This document shows positions 53,332 to 64,000 of a stretch of DNA of 64,000 bases, piece by piece; within the stretch, counting starts at the first letter, position 1, and each line of letters starts with the position of its first letter. Below the pieces are notes generated by a model, which made no database searches, was not told the origin of the DNA, and saw only the letters and a list, made by a program, of their open reading frames with translations. The stretch covers positions 434,001-498,000 of the forward strand of contig NW_026515677.1 of assembly GCF_025526975.1 (NCBI RefSeq), in the 5' to 3' direction. This DNA comes from Fimicolochytrium jonesii (taxonomy: Eukaryota). The translations under genes were made by a program, and so were the position numbers.

Positions 53332-54866
53332 ATGAAGGTGCGAGTCCTCCCTGCCCACTCGGACAGCGACGACTATGCGAGCGACACGAATACCGGCCTC
53401 TCTGCGCACTCGGGCGGCGGCGAACGATCCACACCAGCTCCGAGGATCCGTTCCGAAGGCGAATTTCAAGAATGGGTGAGGAGTTGGATTGCCCTGAGTA
53501 GGCTGTACAACTACCACGACATCCACGAGAGGCCAAAAAGAGCAATCGGGGCGAAGCGTCAAAGCCAGCGATCGTTATGGAGACAGCTGACAACGCGGAG
53601 ACGAACCCCGCGGTATCGCTTGAAGTTGGGGGATATGCCCCCGGAGGTCCTACAGCAGGTGTGCTAGTGCTTTACATTCTTCTCGCGGTGAACATATTCT
53701 TAGACCGCATTCTATCAAAAGATCGCCTCATATCTTGGGAATCGCGACCTGGCCACTCTTCTACAAACCCCTTCGACGTACATATCAGCTATTGCACATA
53801 CAGCCATTGCGAGCCGCCGTCACAGCATTACATGCCTAGCAAACCTTCATACATTCCTTGCTTATGGCGGACGGTTACCCATCTTCTACCGCACGGCAAC
53901 GATGTTCCTTTTTGGACGACATTTCATTCGCTTAGTTCCTGAGGCGAAGAATCTTTTGGGGGTTTGGTACGCTGTTATACTCGCGTGGTTTTTGATCCTA
54001 TTCTACACATTCCCGTTTTTGCGTAAGTGACGATGTTGTCTTGTCTCGTTATCATTCTGTGAAGATTCTAACTCCGAATGTCCGTAGTCGTCATTGCGAT
54101 TTACATCGTTTTGGACGTTCTGACGCTAATGGTCCGCACCACTGCGTCGTTGATGCATCACACCTCCCCAATCACGACAACGAGCCACTTCCCAGCCTTC
54201 TTCAAAACGCCTACCACCATCACATATACCCAATTGGTCCGGGACCTCAGCTTCACCGGTGCCACGGATCCCCACACTCCGACAAGGGGTCTTCTGAACC
54301 CATGGGCTTCCCATTTATACCTCCTCACAAACTGCTGCCCGAACTTACGGCGCCTCCATCTTGTCGGGTGCTCGTTGGCCTGGTGGTTCCGGCTCGCTCC
54401 GTTGAGCAATTTGGAGGAACTGGTTTTGGAAGCCTGCGAACTCGACGAGACTGGCCTGGAGATCCTGGCAGAGAACTGCGGGAGCGAGCTCAGGAGGATC
54501 TCCTTTGTAGGAGGTGAAGTCCGGGGCGGCGATATTCCCGATGATGTTATTGCCAACAACGGCAACGGGATGCTTGGCATTCAAGTATCGGCCGGCGTCA
54601 ACGGTCTTGCGAACAAACGATCCGAGCCTGTAATTTGCTTTCCCAAGCTCGAGAAGTTGTCGTTCTCCAGACACGCGGTCATCGACGCCGGCGGCCTGGA
54701 TCTGTTCATGAAGCGGGCGCCTACCCTCACGAATCTGACCTATTCGACCGACTGTCGAGGCCTGCATACCCATTTGTCTGAGAAGTGGGGCGCGGAGATT
54801 GGTCAGGATGAACACCTGGTTGGAGATGTGCAAGGGCTGTCTATCGCTTTGGCTTCTCCTGCTTAG
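53332..54866 (+). CDS. F-box-like / leucine-rich repeat protein with an internal hydrophobic segment, 3 exons
   Basis: LGDMPPEVLQQ|IASYLGNRDLATL (F-box-like); CCPNLRRLHL, LSNLEELVL, FPKLEKLSF, APTLTNLTY (LRR-like). Start uncertain. Confidence 0.72.
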
Positions 54867-55334
54867 AAGGCGATTTCGTCGTTCCGTTTTGTGTTGTCTG
54901 TTTTTCCTGTACACATTTTTGTTTCTGTAGTCCTTGTCGTACTTGTCAAAGTGAAATACATAAGATTTTTGGGAAGCTTCGGGACACGGCAGTCATGGCG
55001 ATGCCGCAAAGTATGTATGTTGGGAAACAAAAGTAGAAGCCGAGAAAATGGAAGCGTAGAGAATTGCTTCAGCGGAGTTGCTCTGCGCGTGAAATCACGC
55101 GTTGGGCAGGCGCGATAACTTCGTCCCGATAACCCCCGCAAGCCCCGGCTTCGGCTGTCGTCTCTGTCGTTTACCATCAGAACATCGTCAGAAGCCGCCC
55201 ACCCCTATTCTTGGAAACGTCCTCGACGATCGAGGTATTCCCTGCTGTTAGAATAGTCTAGTCTAGACGTAAGAGACGCACATCACAGCAAGTAGACTAG
55301 GAAAGTTCAAGGGCTATTTCCCCGGCAGAAAACC

Positions 55335-56186
55335 ATGACGGACCCAAATCAAACCGCCGACGATGCACACCAGCAAAACTCCAAAGGGAAAGGAAAGCGA
55401 CAAGATACCACCACCCAACCAAAACCGCCACCAAGTTTCTTCGGGAAAGCCGCATTCACAGCCACCCAACAACTCTCGACTCTCCTCCCGTCGTCCAAAA
55501 CCTCCCAGCAAGAAAGTCGGCCGGCTCCAGGGCTCTCCTCAGCATACACGGAAACAGCGACATACCTAAATCCCGCAGCTGGCGCATCATCATCCGCGAG
55601 TGCGAGCGGCGATGTCCTCGGATTGGGTCCACGGCACCACCTGCACCACTCTCGGACGGGGGAGACCATGTCCGAGGCAGAGCTTTTTGCGGGGCCGGGC
55701 GCGGTCGTGGATCGGTTCGGGCATGGGGCAGGACAACGACGGTTTGAGATCCCGATTGAGTCTGGCTTGGGGGATTTGCAAAGAGCGAGTCCAGCTGGGC
55801 AAGGACATGCCCGTCAGGCGCATGAGCAGGAACAAGACGGAGCAGAAGTCCTCGATTTCCTCCGCACGCCCGCATACACCGTCTCCGTCTACTCCGACCC
55901 ACCCCTCCGGACACAGTCACTCGTCCCCGACACAATCAACCACGAGCAAGTCATCCGCGCGACGGTGCACGATGGGCAGGAAGCCGTGGCGTATTTGAGG
56001 GAACGGCGGTATGCGGAGGATGTATGGGGGATATATGAGGCTGTGACGGAGTTCCAGATTGCGAAGAAGGAGCTGGAGGCGTTGCAGGATGGTGGGGAGG
56101 GCGATGTGGCGATGTCGGAGGGTAGGTTAAAGACGGCGGTGGCGAGGTTGGATCTGTTGCGTAGGCATTTCGCCAACAACCAGTGA
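55335..56186 (+). CDS. Hypothetical protein, single exon, 283 aa
   Basis: Long ORF with A at -3 of the ATG; repeated DGAEVLDFL / DGQEAVAYL motif and C-terminal helix. Confidence 0.75.
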   Translation: MTDPNQTADDAHQQNSKGKGKRQDTTTQPKPPPSFFGKAAFTATQQLSTLLPSSKTSQQESRPAPGLSSAYTETATYLNPAAGASSSASASGDVLGLGPRHHLHHSRTGETMSEAELFAGPGAVVDRFGHGAGQRRFEIPIESGLGDLQRASPAGQGHARQAHEQEQDGAEVLDFLRTPAYTVSVYSDPPLRTQSLVPDTINHEQVIRATVHDGQEAVAYLRERRYAEDVWGIYEAVTEFQIAKKELEALQDGGEGDVAMSEGRLKTAVARLDLLRRHFANNQ

Positions 56187-56576
56187 GCTGGAAGGCTGAC
56201 AGGAGCGCTATGCGAATGAGAAGCCTTTGGGGTTACCACATCACATTTTTGGAGGGTGCAACACCGCTTCGGGATTTAGTAGCAGTCCAAATGAACTGCG
56301 TGAAGGCAAGAAAGCGCAAACTGCATTGTTGAGTTGATAGCATGCGAGGTTCGCAAGTAAGGATACTGCATGGCATCTGTTGCATTCTGTACATATACCC
56401 TAATATTACAAACTGGAGCCCAAAAACGAAACTATGTACCGAACTGTGTGTAAGACCTTGCCGTCCCAAAATTCTGGTATAGCCGTTACATCTCGCCAAA
56501 TGCGAACATGCCTAGAACTACGCCATGCTGATTGTATGCTCAAAGAGATCTATGCCAGCCCGGGATCGGCATTCCA

Positions 56577-59028
56577 CTACGCATTCGCCCATGGCATGTA
56601 TCGCTCCTGGGACCGAAAAAAGATGAGGACACGCGGACTTCGGAAGACGCTACGATGTAACAATCACTCACAAAGAATTGATCAGCATTGATCTCATCAA
56701 TACCCCCGACGAGTGGCTGCTGATCTTGATTCTCAGCCCTGACCACGACGAAATGCCGGAAGTTCAGGCTCCATATGTACTGTAGGCGCAACATCATTGC
56801 GTGCTCGGATTTAGCTAGATCCTCCTGCTTTTGAGACACAGGAGAAGGGAAATGAGGAAGCTTTTAGTCCTGTGCCGACATGCACTGAGTTCTTAGAAGT
56901 TGGACTTACCGAGTCAGCGAAGTATACATCATCAGGCGTCGCGAATCTCAGAAAGCGTTCATGCTCCAGCATCATGATGTGATGCCATGCCACCAACCTG
57001 CGGAAAGAGTTCTCATTACATTCAATCCTCGCGTCCTGTTCCTGATAGCATCTGCGCTACTACCGATCGTGCTGAAGGGCGGGTTCGATCCCATCTATTG
57101 GTTTTATCTTTTGCGCCACATCAGGGTGCAGCACACATCCCCACTCTCGGCCGGGCGTCGCCTGTGTTGCAAAGCCGTGAAACGCGTGATTGTTTTTGTG
57201 TACGCAAGAGCGACTGCATACGTACCGTCCTCGCAAGCTTTTTGAACCGTTCAAGGAACTTTGCTGCACCCGGGTGGCAGAGGGCTTCGTAGGTCAACGT
57301 GAGGATGCCACCTTTAGAGAATGGAACATCGATGAGACCTGTCGCTGGCATACCACCTTATGTGTAGACGTCAGCCTTACCTGCTGGGAACATAAGTATG
57401 GGTTTCTTGATGTTGGCCCCAGTGGAATGACCCCAGAGCACAAATTCCGTGGCTCCTAGTTTCAATTCGTTCAGATGCGGCAATAACGGAACGTGCTCGT
57501 GAAAGGAACGATGGCACTAGCACACGTGTGTGAGAAGAGCTGAACCGTCATGCGGGGAATGTCTGACCGTATCTCACCATCACAAAATCACAATTTTTCG
57601 GGTTGGCCACGCACTGCGCTCCCAACATGCGCAGGAGCCATGTGAGCTCCATTGTTGCACTTGCGTGAGGCCCGTAGACATGAACACGCTTGCCCTCAAC
57701 CAGCCAATTTGTCTGAAGCGAAAGGAGTCTCGTGAGCTGAGCTGTGAAGCCAATCGGTGACACATGCTATCCGCACTTCTACTGGTTACCTTTTCAGGCA
57801 ACTTCTGCACAAGCATTATATGGGTTTTGACGAAGTCTGAATATGCCAGCAGTGGGCTTATTGTCTTCAGCTCGATCTTGTTCCGTTGCAAAGTCAGGGT
57901 ACGTGGCGATTTCGCTTTGTCGGCGATGACACAGAATAGCGGAAAGATCTCCGCATCCACTTCCTCCTCGCCCATCGTTCCAAGCTCAATAGTAGGCAGT
58001 ACAAAGAGTGTAAACCTTCTGAGGGATATTACGCCAACCTTTGGGGGAGGTGCCTGTCAGACGAAACTGCGTGACATGGCGGGCCGCTGGAATGCAAGTC
58101 TCACCCGCTGTTTAGCCGATAGATAGCGAACAAGGGCTTGAACAGACTTGAGGGCGTCTGTACTTGGTTTCTCAAGCGTGAGCGCCGAGAATCCACAAGT
58201 TTTCCTTGCGGTAGTTGATATCAAGGACCCCTTCAGGTGGCTCAGCGGCACCATCTTCTTTAGGAACAAGGAAGGCGTAGTTCCACCAGATTGCACATCT
58301 TCCAGGAACGTCGTGACATTTGGTGACCGCTTGCTATCCTCCGCGAAGCCAACATTGGCAACAAATTGCTGTCGGCCCTTGCATAACCTGATCTCACCGT
58401 TACTCGAGCGTCCCCGATGCAACCTTGAAGGATATAGCCAAACTTACTGGTAAACGGCAGATGAGATGGTGGACTCATCCGTGTCTTTGACAGGCAGCTC
58501 AAGATCCGGCAAAGAGACGGCTTTCGCTGAAGTTGGTACGGGTGCGGCAAGATCCCTTTCAAGCGATCTCCGAGCGGGTGATGAAGATCTTCGGTCGAGC
58601 CTCGTATGTTTAGAACTATCAGCCCTTGGCTCTGGCTCTGGGCTTCCCCTCCGCTTCAATGCGATGTTGCTGCCCATGTCCGGTCGTATCGCTTGTCGGG
58701 ACGCGGGGAACTCGTCTAAGGTGCTTCGTCGGGTTGGGACCACGCGGCGGTCGTTGGACGATTCCTTTGAATGCCCGATGGATCAGTGATTGGGCTTTGC
58801 TACTTTTCGAGTTCCTGATAGACAAACCTCGGCAATGGAACTGGCCCTCCCTCTTCTGTCGTCCGATCCTCCTCTGTCGTCCGATCCTCTTCTATCAACA
58901 GACCCGCCCGCACCTGGTCTTCCTTTGTCTCGTCTATCGTCCAACGCACTGGACGACGCACGGGGAGGGAGGGCTGGATGTCCTCGAAGACCGAAACCGG
59001 GAGCCCCGCCTCGTTTCTTTTTTCCCAT
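56577..59028 (-). CDS. SPOC-domain protein with Chp1/TASOR-like C-terminal region, about 11 exons
   Basis: Exons join in frame through GT-AG introns: LVRYLSAKQR|VGVISLRRFTLFVLP (SPOC end motif), FVM|CHRSFHEHVPLLPHLNELK...FVLWG...MFPAGGILTLT, WGCVLHP, MLRLQ...FRHFVVV; stop TAG at 56577. Confidence 0.7.
58858..58893. repeat. 18-nt coding tandem duplication (RGSDDR/GGSDDR on minus strand)
   Basis: GTCGTCCGATCCTC repeated with 18-nt period. Confidence 0.7.
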
Positions 59029-59371
59029 GATATAACAGGCGGTTGAGTGCAGGGGAGTAGAGGCTCAATATGAAGAAGTGAGACGCTTCGCCGGAGCGCC
59101 GCCGTGAGAATGGCCGGATGGTCCGAGACAGCGCGTAGGGCGATGCTCACGAGATGCTCACAACGCTACCATGCGACAGCAAAGCTACGTAACTGCACAG
59201 GAAGCCGGATGGGCCGTAGGAATTGGTTTCTTTTCGTTTCGTGCAACGCACGACTTCCCAGGACAGAAAGCTTACAGTAGTTGAAGCCCCGTTTGTCCCG
59301 TTTGTCACTTCTGTCTCACGCGTGTTGTGCGAGACCACAGATTTTCCCCCCCTCCAACGACTGATCTTGAC

Positions 59372-60227
59372 ATGCTTCATCGCCTCGCTCTCACTTCCTT
59401 CAACGAGGCCAGAAGCGTCCTTCGAAGAAATCCCGCTTTCAGAAACCTATCTGTCTTCTCTGCGCCATCAGCAACCGTCCACACAGGGGCACTCTTCGTC
59501 CCGCGCGGCAGAAGCACGTCTCAGGCCCCAAGATCTTCCACCCCATTCCGACACTTCACAGCCAGTCCAACTCCCAAAATGTCAGACGAGACGACCGGTA
59601 AATCCACTGCCACCTCGTTCTTTGACCTGAAGGTGAACGACCAGTACGGCAAACCGTACGACCTGTCCGCCCTGCGCGGCAAAGTCACGGTCGTCGTCAA
59701 CGTCGCTTCGAAGTGTGGCTTCACTCCCAATTACGGTTCGTTCGGTTGAATTGATAGTTTTATGTCGATTACTTTCAACAATCTAATACGAAACCATATC
59801 TAGGGGGTCTGGAGAAGCTGTATCAGGCGCACAAAGACAAAGGACTTGTGATCCTCGGATTCCCCTGCAACCAATTTGGCTCGCAGGCACCTGGCTCTGC
59901 TGAGGAGGAAGGTTCCTTCTGCCAGAGGAACTATGGTGTCTCCTTCCCCATCTTGGAAAAGGTGGAGGTGAATGGAGACAACGTGCATCCCGTGTACGTG
60001 TGGCTGAAGGAGCAGAAAGCAGGCCTCCTCGGATTGAGGAGGATCAAGTGGAGTAAGTATTACCTTGGATTCTTGGCCAGCGCCATAAGAATCAATCCCC
60101 TCTGACCACATACCACTCAGATTTCGAGAAGTTTGTGGTCGACAAGGATGGAAAGGTCGTAAATCGGTACGCGAGCACAACTACACCGGAGGCCATGGAG
60201 GCAGAGCTCGTCAAACTGCTCGGTTAA
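59372..60227 (+). CDS. GPX: Glutathione/thioredoxin peroxidase (Cys-type GPx) with mitochondrial-type presequence
   Basis: [30 protein letters not shown]; introns near 59736-59802 and 60053-60120. Confidence 0.95.
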
Positions 60228-60381
60228 GGGGCGCGCATTAGCGCCTGGCGATGGTCTCTTCAAATCACGGGCATTTCATTTGTGTATCTGGCTATGTATA
60301 TTAGGCTCATGCTCATGCTACCGGGATCATTGTACGCCTTAGATAATTTCAATATGTGTGTGCAATTGGTACAGACCCAAG

Positions 60382-61913
60382 TCACTTGGGCAGCAGCGCA
60401 ATGTCAATGTCTCCTGCGATGTCTGGCGTCTTCCCTCCGATCGTCCCTCTTCCAAATGTGCCAAACGTTGTCCACGAGACCACCTTCTCGTTCGGCTCCA
60501 AGGTAGCCCAGCTGAGAGCGTTCACTTTCTTCAGGACTACCTCGATCTTTGTCGACAGAACCTCGTACTTGCTCCCTGCTGGATCGATTGGTTGTGACAA
60601 CGCCGTGTTAAACGTTGACGTTTTGCCATCTTGGAACTTGATATTCATCCTCAGCTGTGACAACCATCGGGATCAGAGTCGTACCCTAGCATCTTGCCAT
60701 TCAAAGAGCGCTGCCTACCTCGCTGCTCGTAAAAGTGATGCTGGTAGCTTCCTTATCGACCTTCTTGGCGAACACGGACAGGATGACTGTAGACGGAGTT
60801 TGGTACCAGTCATGACGGCACTGAATCTCCTGTGGTTGACTATTGTCCACGTCCGTAAATCGGTGCTTGGCCCGTTTGCAACCCTTGATCTTCAGGAATT
60901 CGTCGAACTCCAGCACTTTGCGACTACAGCACGACCATCCCTTTAGGAGGCAAGACATCGTTTGAGTATGGATGCCGTCTCCCGTACTCGTCCGGGAGAG
61001 CGTACCTTGCTACCCTCATGGAATATAGGCTGACCCGAGTGAAACACACACTCCTCCGTCCTAGATCCCTCCCCAGCCCAAGTCTTCCCACACGCGTTCC
61101 GCTTGCATTTCGTCCCCTCCGCCACTTTCGCATCGGGCGAGTCATGCAAGTCTTCCTCCTTCACTGCCGGTGCCGCGTCCGCCGGCGTCTTTGCTTTCGC
61201 TTGGAACGTCTCTGCAGCCGGGTTCGGCAGGGCGGTTCCGTTGGTTCCGTTGGTATAGGTCTCGACTCCTGTTTTGCCTACTGTCGTCGGTTTCGCAGCC
61301 TTTTCTACCGGAGCGGTCGGACTCGGCTCCTCGGGAGCGAGAGAGGTGTGGCGGCCTACTGAACATCCTGGGATCTGCATCTGGATCAGTACAAGGTCCC
61401 GACCTCCCTTTGTCTGTACAAATCGATCGTCACTCCTCACCTTGAGGAAGTCCTCAAAGTCTGCAACCTTTTTGGAACAGCAGGACCAGCTCTAAGTGCC
61501 GGAGTCGGTTAGTGACTGGCAGCAAACACTATCTGGCTATTGCGCGGGCCATACCTTCAAACCCTCGTGGAACACTGGCCCACCGGGGTGGTGCGTGCAG
61601 GACGTATCGGAGTTTGCGTCCTCCTTGAAATCCTGGCCACATCCTGTTGGAAGAGCCAGACATAGACGGTTAGTCTACACGCCAAGCAGAGAGACGAGGC
61701 ACTAGCATCCTACAGTTGCTTGCTATGCCATATGAACCCTCCCTCATTCCCAACCCCTAATCACCCCTCAGACCGACTAGAAGCCCCACTCCCCTCCCTC
61801 CCATGCCCCCACCGTCCAAACTCCTCACATATCGAACAACTCCCGACGCTCGTGAAACGGGCTCCCGTGACATTACACCCAATTTACGTGCCTTTTCTTT
61901 TACAAACCGGCAT
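60382..61913 (-). CDS. CHORDC1: CHORD-domain Hsp90 co-chaperone (two CHORD domains plus CS)
   Basis: MPVCKRKGCGQDF...CTHHPGGPVFHEGLK|SWSCC; second CHORD CKRNAC...FHEGSK|GWSCC; CS domain RHDWYQT. Confidence 0.93.
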
Positions 61914-62797
61914 GATAACGATACTAGTTTGGGCTTAGGGAGCTGCAGAGGCAGATTGATAATATTACGATCTTCCGGGAGACTTTCAATGAGAGCGATA
62001 GATCACTGTCGAAGGTCGAAGGTCGATGTTGTCACCTTGATCCATGGGATCGGCAAGTCCTAGCGTAAGCACGTGACCCAGCAGTGGAGTTTTCTGTTGG
62101 CACCGGTTGGCACTGGGTATAAAAAGAGGCGTCTGCTTAGTGGGGAGTCCCATCTGACCATTCACGCCATTCCGTTGAGACCTCACCACAAGGCGTGCGA
62201 AAGTGTTGCGGCAGGCTAAGCTCTTTGAGTAGTACTGAACGCATAGCTTCCCCCAACACCTACATATCCGCCCGAGTTCCCAGCAGGACCCGTGGATGGT
62301 TCTCAATGGTGAAAACAAACGAACAAAGAGCAGCGGAAAGACCCTCCAATGATGCCTTTTTTATCAAGCTCAACAGACCGAAAGAATGGGTCTAATTGAC
62401 TTTATTTCTTGGGGATACCTACTTCTTCATCCTGAGGGGAGTCTTTTCTGCTGCTCGTGTGCTTTTGAGAATTGTTGTGCAAAGTGCCATGCACCGAAAT
62501 GTAATGGTGCGCTGGAAGGTTTGCCCGGCTACTTGGCATGTGAATGGCAACGGAACCCTATATAGCCTGCGTTTTTGGACGTGCCGCACGGAGTCGCAAT
62601 TGCGTAACTCCGTTTTGCCGATGTCCAGGATGCCCATTGGGGGTCGACTTTTCCGGTGTTGCTGTGTAACGACGGTTCCACCTCGCTCCTCCATGTGGCC
62701 GTAAGCCCCAGTTGCCTCGCCGTGTTTGCTCTGATTCCTGCATGTAAACTGTATATGTACGCCAAGCCTACCCTGCCCCTTGGAGCCCAGCGTCAAA

Positions 62798-63409
62798 ATG
62801 TCCGTCTTCGAACTGCTCACGCCGCTGAACTGCGGGCTAGCAATCGTCTTCCTCTTCTTCCTCAAGAACCTCACCACGTCCAATGCTCGATCACCACCCC
62901 CATATGTGCCACCTGGTAAGGAGGTTCTCTTTCTATATCGTTGAGAGATATACAGTACTTACTGCTGGACGACAACAGAACCCATCGTCCTCAAAGACTT
63001 CACACCAAAAGACCTCCTAGCATTCGACGGCACCAACAACTCTAAGATATACATGGGCGTAGGCGGAAAAGTGTACGATGTCACGCGTGGGAAGGACTTT
63101 TACGGCCCGGGAGGTCCATATGCCAATTTCGCGGGTCATGATGCGTCCCGCGGGTTGGCTAAGCACCGGTTTGATGCGGAGATGTTGGCGGATTCGGAGG
63201 GTTTGATTGATAAGTTGGAGGATTTGGATGCTGAGGAGAGGGAGGCGCTGGCGGAGTGGGCGGCTATGTTTGCGTCAAAGTGAGTGCTGTGGGGTTATAG
63301 GCTTGGGTGTAGGTGTGGGTGTGGTCTGATGGCTCAACATCTTTTCTGTTTTGTTAGATACGATCTTGTGGGAAGTTTGGTGGAGAATGAGGGCGTCAAG
63401 ACAGCATGA
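62798..63409 (+). CDS. DAP1: Membrane-associated progesterone receptor / cytochrome b5-like heme-binding protein
   Basis: N-terminal TM; FTPKDLLAFDG, GKVYDVTRGKDFYGPGGPYANFAGHDASRGLA, KYDLVG. Confidence 0.93.
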
Positions 63410-63651
63410 AAGCCGGATGTGCTGTCGCTGTATCCAGGCTTCTCCCCATTCGGCGTAATTCGATAGATGCGTTGGCATTGATTCACTCTTACATCCTTTC
63501 ATTGCGAAAAATACCAATATGCTTGTGTACATAACCCAAACCCTACCATAAGAAGAGTCCGGCGCGGAACATCCACGTCGAGTTTCCCACTTGCGATCCA
63601 CGCTGTCTGTCGACAGCAGATTCTATCTACTGCTATGAAGGCGCGAAACAT

Positions 63652-64000
63652 CTATTCGAGGATCTTGGTGACGACACCGGTTCCAACCGTCTTCCCGCCC
63701 TCTCGCACGGTGAAACGAAGCCCCTCATCAATAGCGACCGAATATGAGAGCTCAACGAGCAGCTCCACGTTGTCTCCCGGCATGATCATCTTTCCCTCGT
63801 TCCTGTTGTTGCGGCCGGTCTCGGTGTCCGGCCACAGGAGCGACGCGGTCACGTCCATCGTGCGGGCGTAGAGTTGGGGCTTGTAGTTTTCTACGAATGG
63901 CGTGTGACGACCTCCTTCGTCCTTGGTGAGGATGTACATTTGTGTCAGGAACTTCTTGTGGGGGGTGATGGTGCCTGGCTTGGCGATGACTTGTCCTCGG
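63652..64000 (-). CDS. TUF1: Mitochondrial elongation factor Tu, 3' part only
   Basis: [46 protein letters not shown]. Confidence 0.95.
   Translation of the reverse strand, partial: RGQVIAKPGTITPHKKFLTQMYILTKDEGGRHTPFVENYKPQLYARTMDVTASLLWPDTETGRNNRNEGKMIMPGDNVELLVELSYSVAIDEGLRFTVREGGKTVGTGVVTKILE

Noticed and set aside
58428..58436. ATATCCTT on the minus strand, resembling a U12 AT-AC donor
   Set aside because: It lies inside a normal GTAAGT...CAG intron, downstream of an in-frame TAA, so it cannot be the productive donor.
59700..59735. Selenocysteine in GPx (some early-diverging fungi use Sec)
   Set aside because: The active-site codon is TGT (Cys); there is no in-frame TGA.

Overview
Gene-dense, intron-rich eukaryotic nuclear DNA of fungal type: roughly 50-55% GC by eye, mostly 55-95 nt GT-AG introns with GTAAGT/GTGAGT/GTACGT donors and CTRAC branch points. 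Gene content (POLD4, CHORDC1, editing-domain mitochondrial ThrRS, ZnT2-like CDF) suggests an early-diverging fungus such as a chytrid; this is inference. I reconstructed about 32 spliced genes by hand. Most are housekeeping: CaMK, DPL1, mt-ThrRS, IRC6, HEM25, MetR/Zip1-like bZIP, metallothionein, gluconokinase, COX12, a USP, SUI1, a C2H2 factor, SmE, a zinc CDF, tropomyosin, EAF3, a PCI protein, POLD4, TVP23, PSD2, GPx, CHORDC1, DAP1 and partial TUF1. No rRNA, tRNA, transposon or CRISPR was found. The best lead is a fragmented minus-strand gene at 56577-59028 whose spliced product looks like a chromodomain-less SPOC + DomII/PIN-like protein resembling Chp1 (RITS) and TASOR (HUSH). Other leads: a MetR/Zip1-like bZIP head-to-head with an 18-Cys metallothionein, a SAM protein with an ASF1-binding-type motif, a membrane-embedded F-box/LRR protein, a 6-nt microexon, a GC-AG intron and the poor-context SUI1 start codon. 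All family calls come from remembered motifs, not database searches, and exon boundaries are manual.
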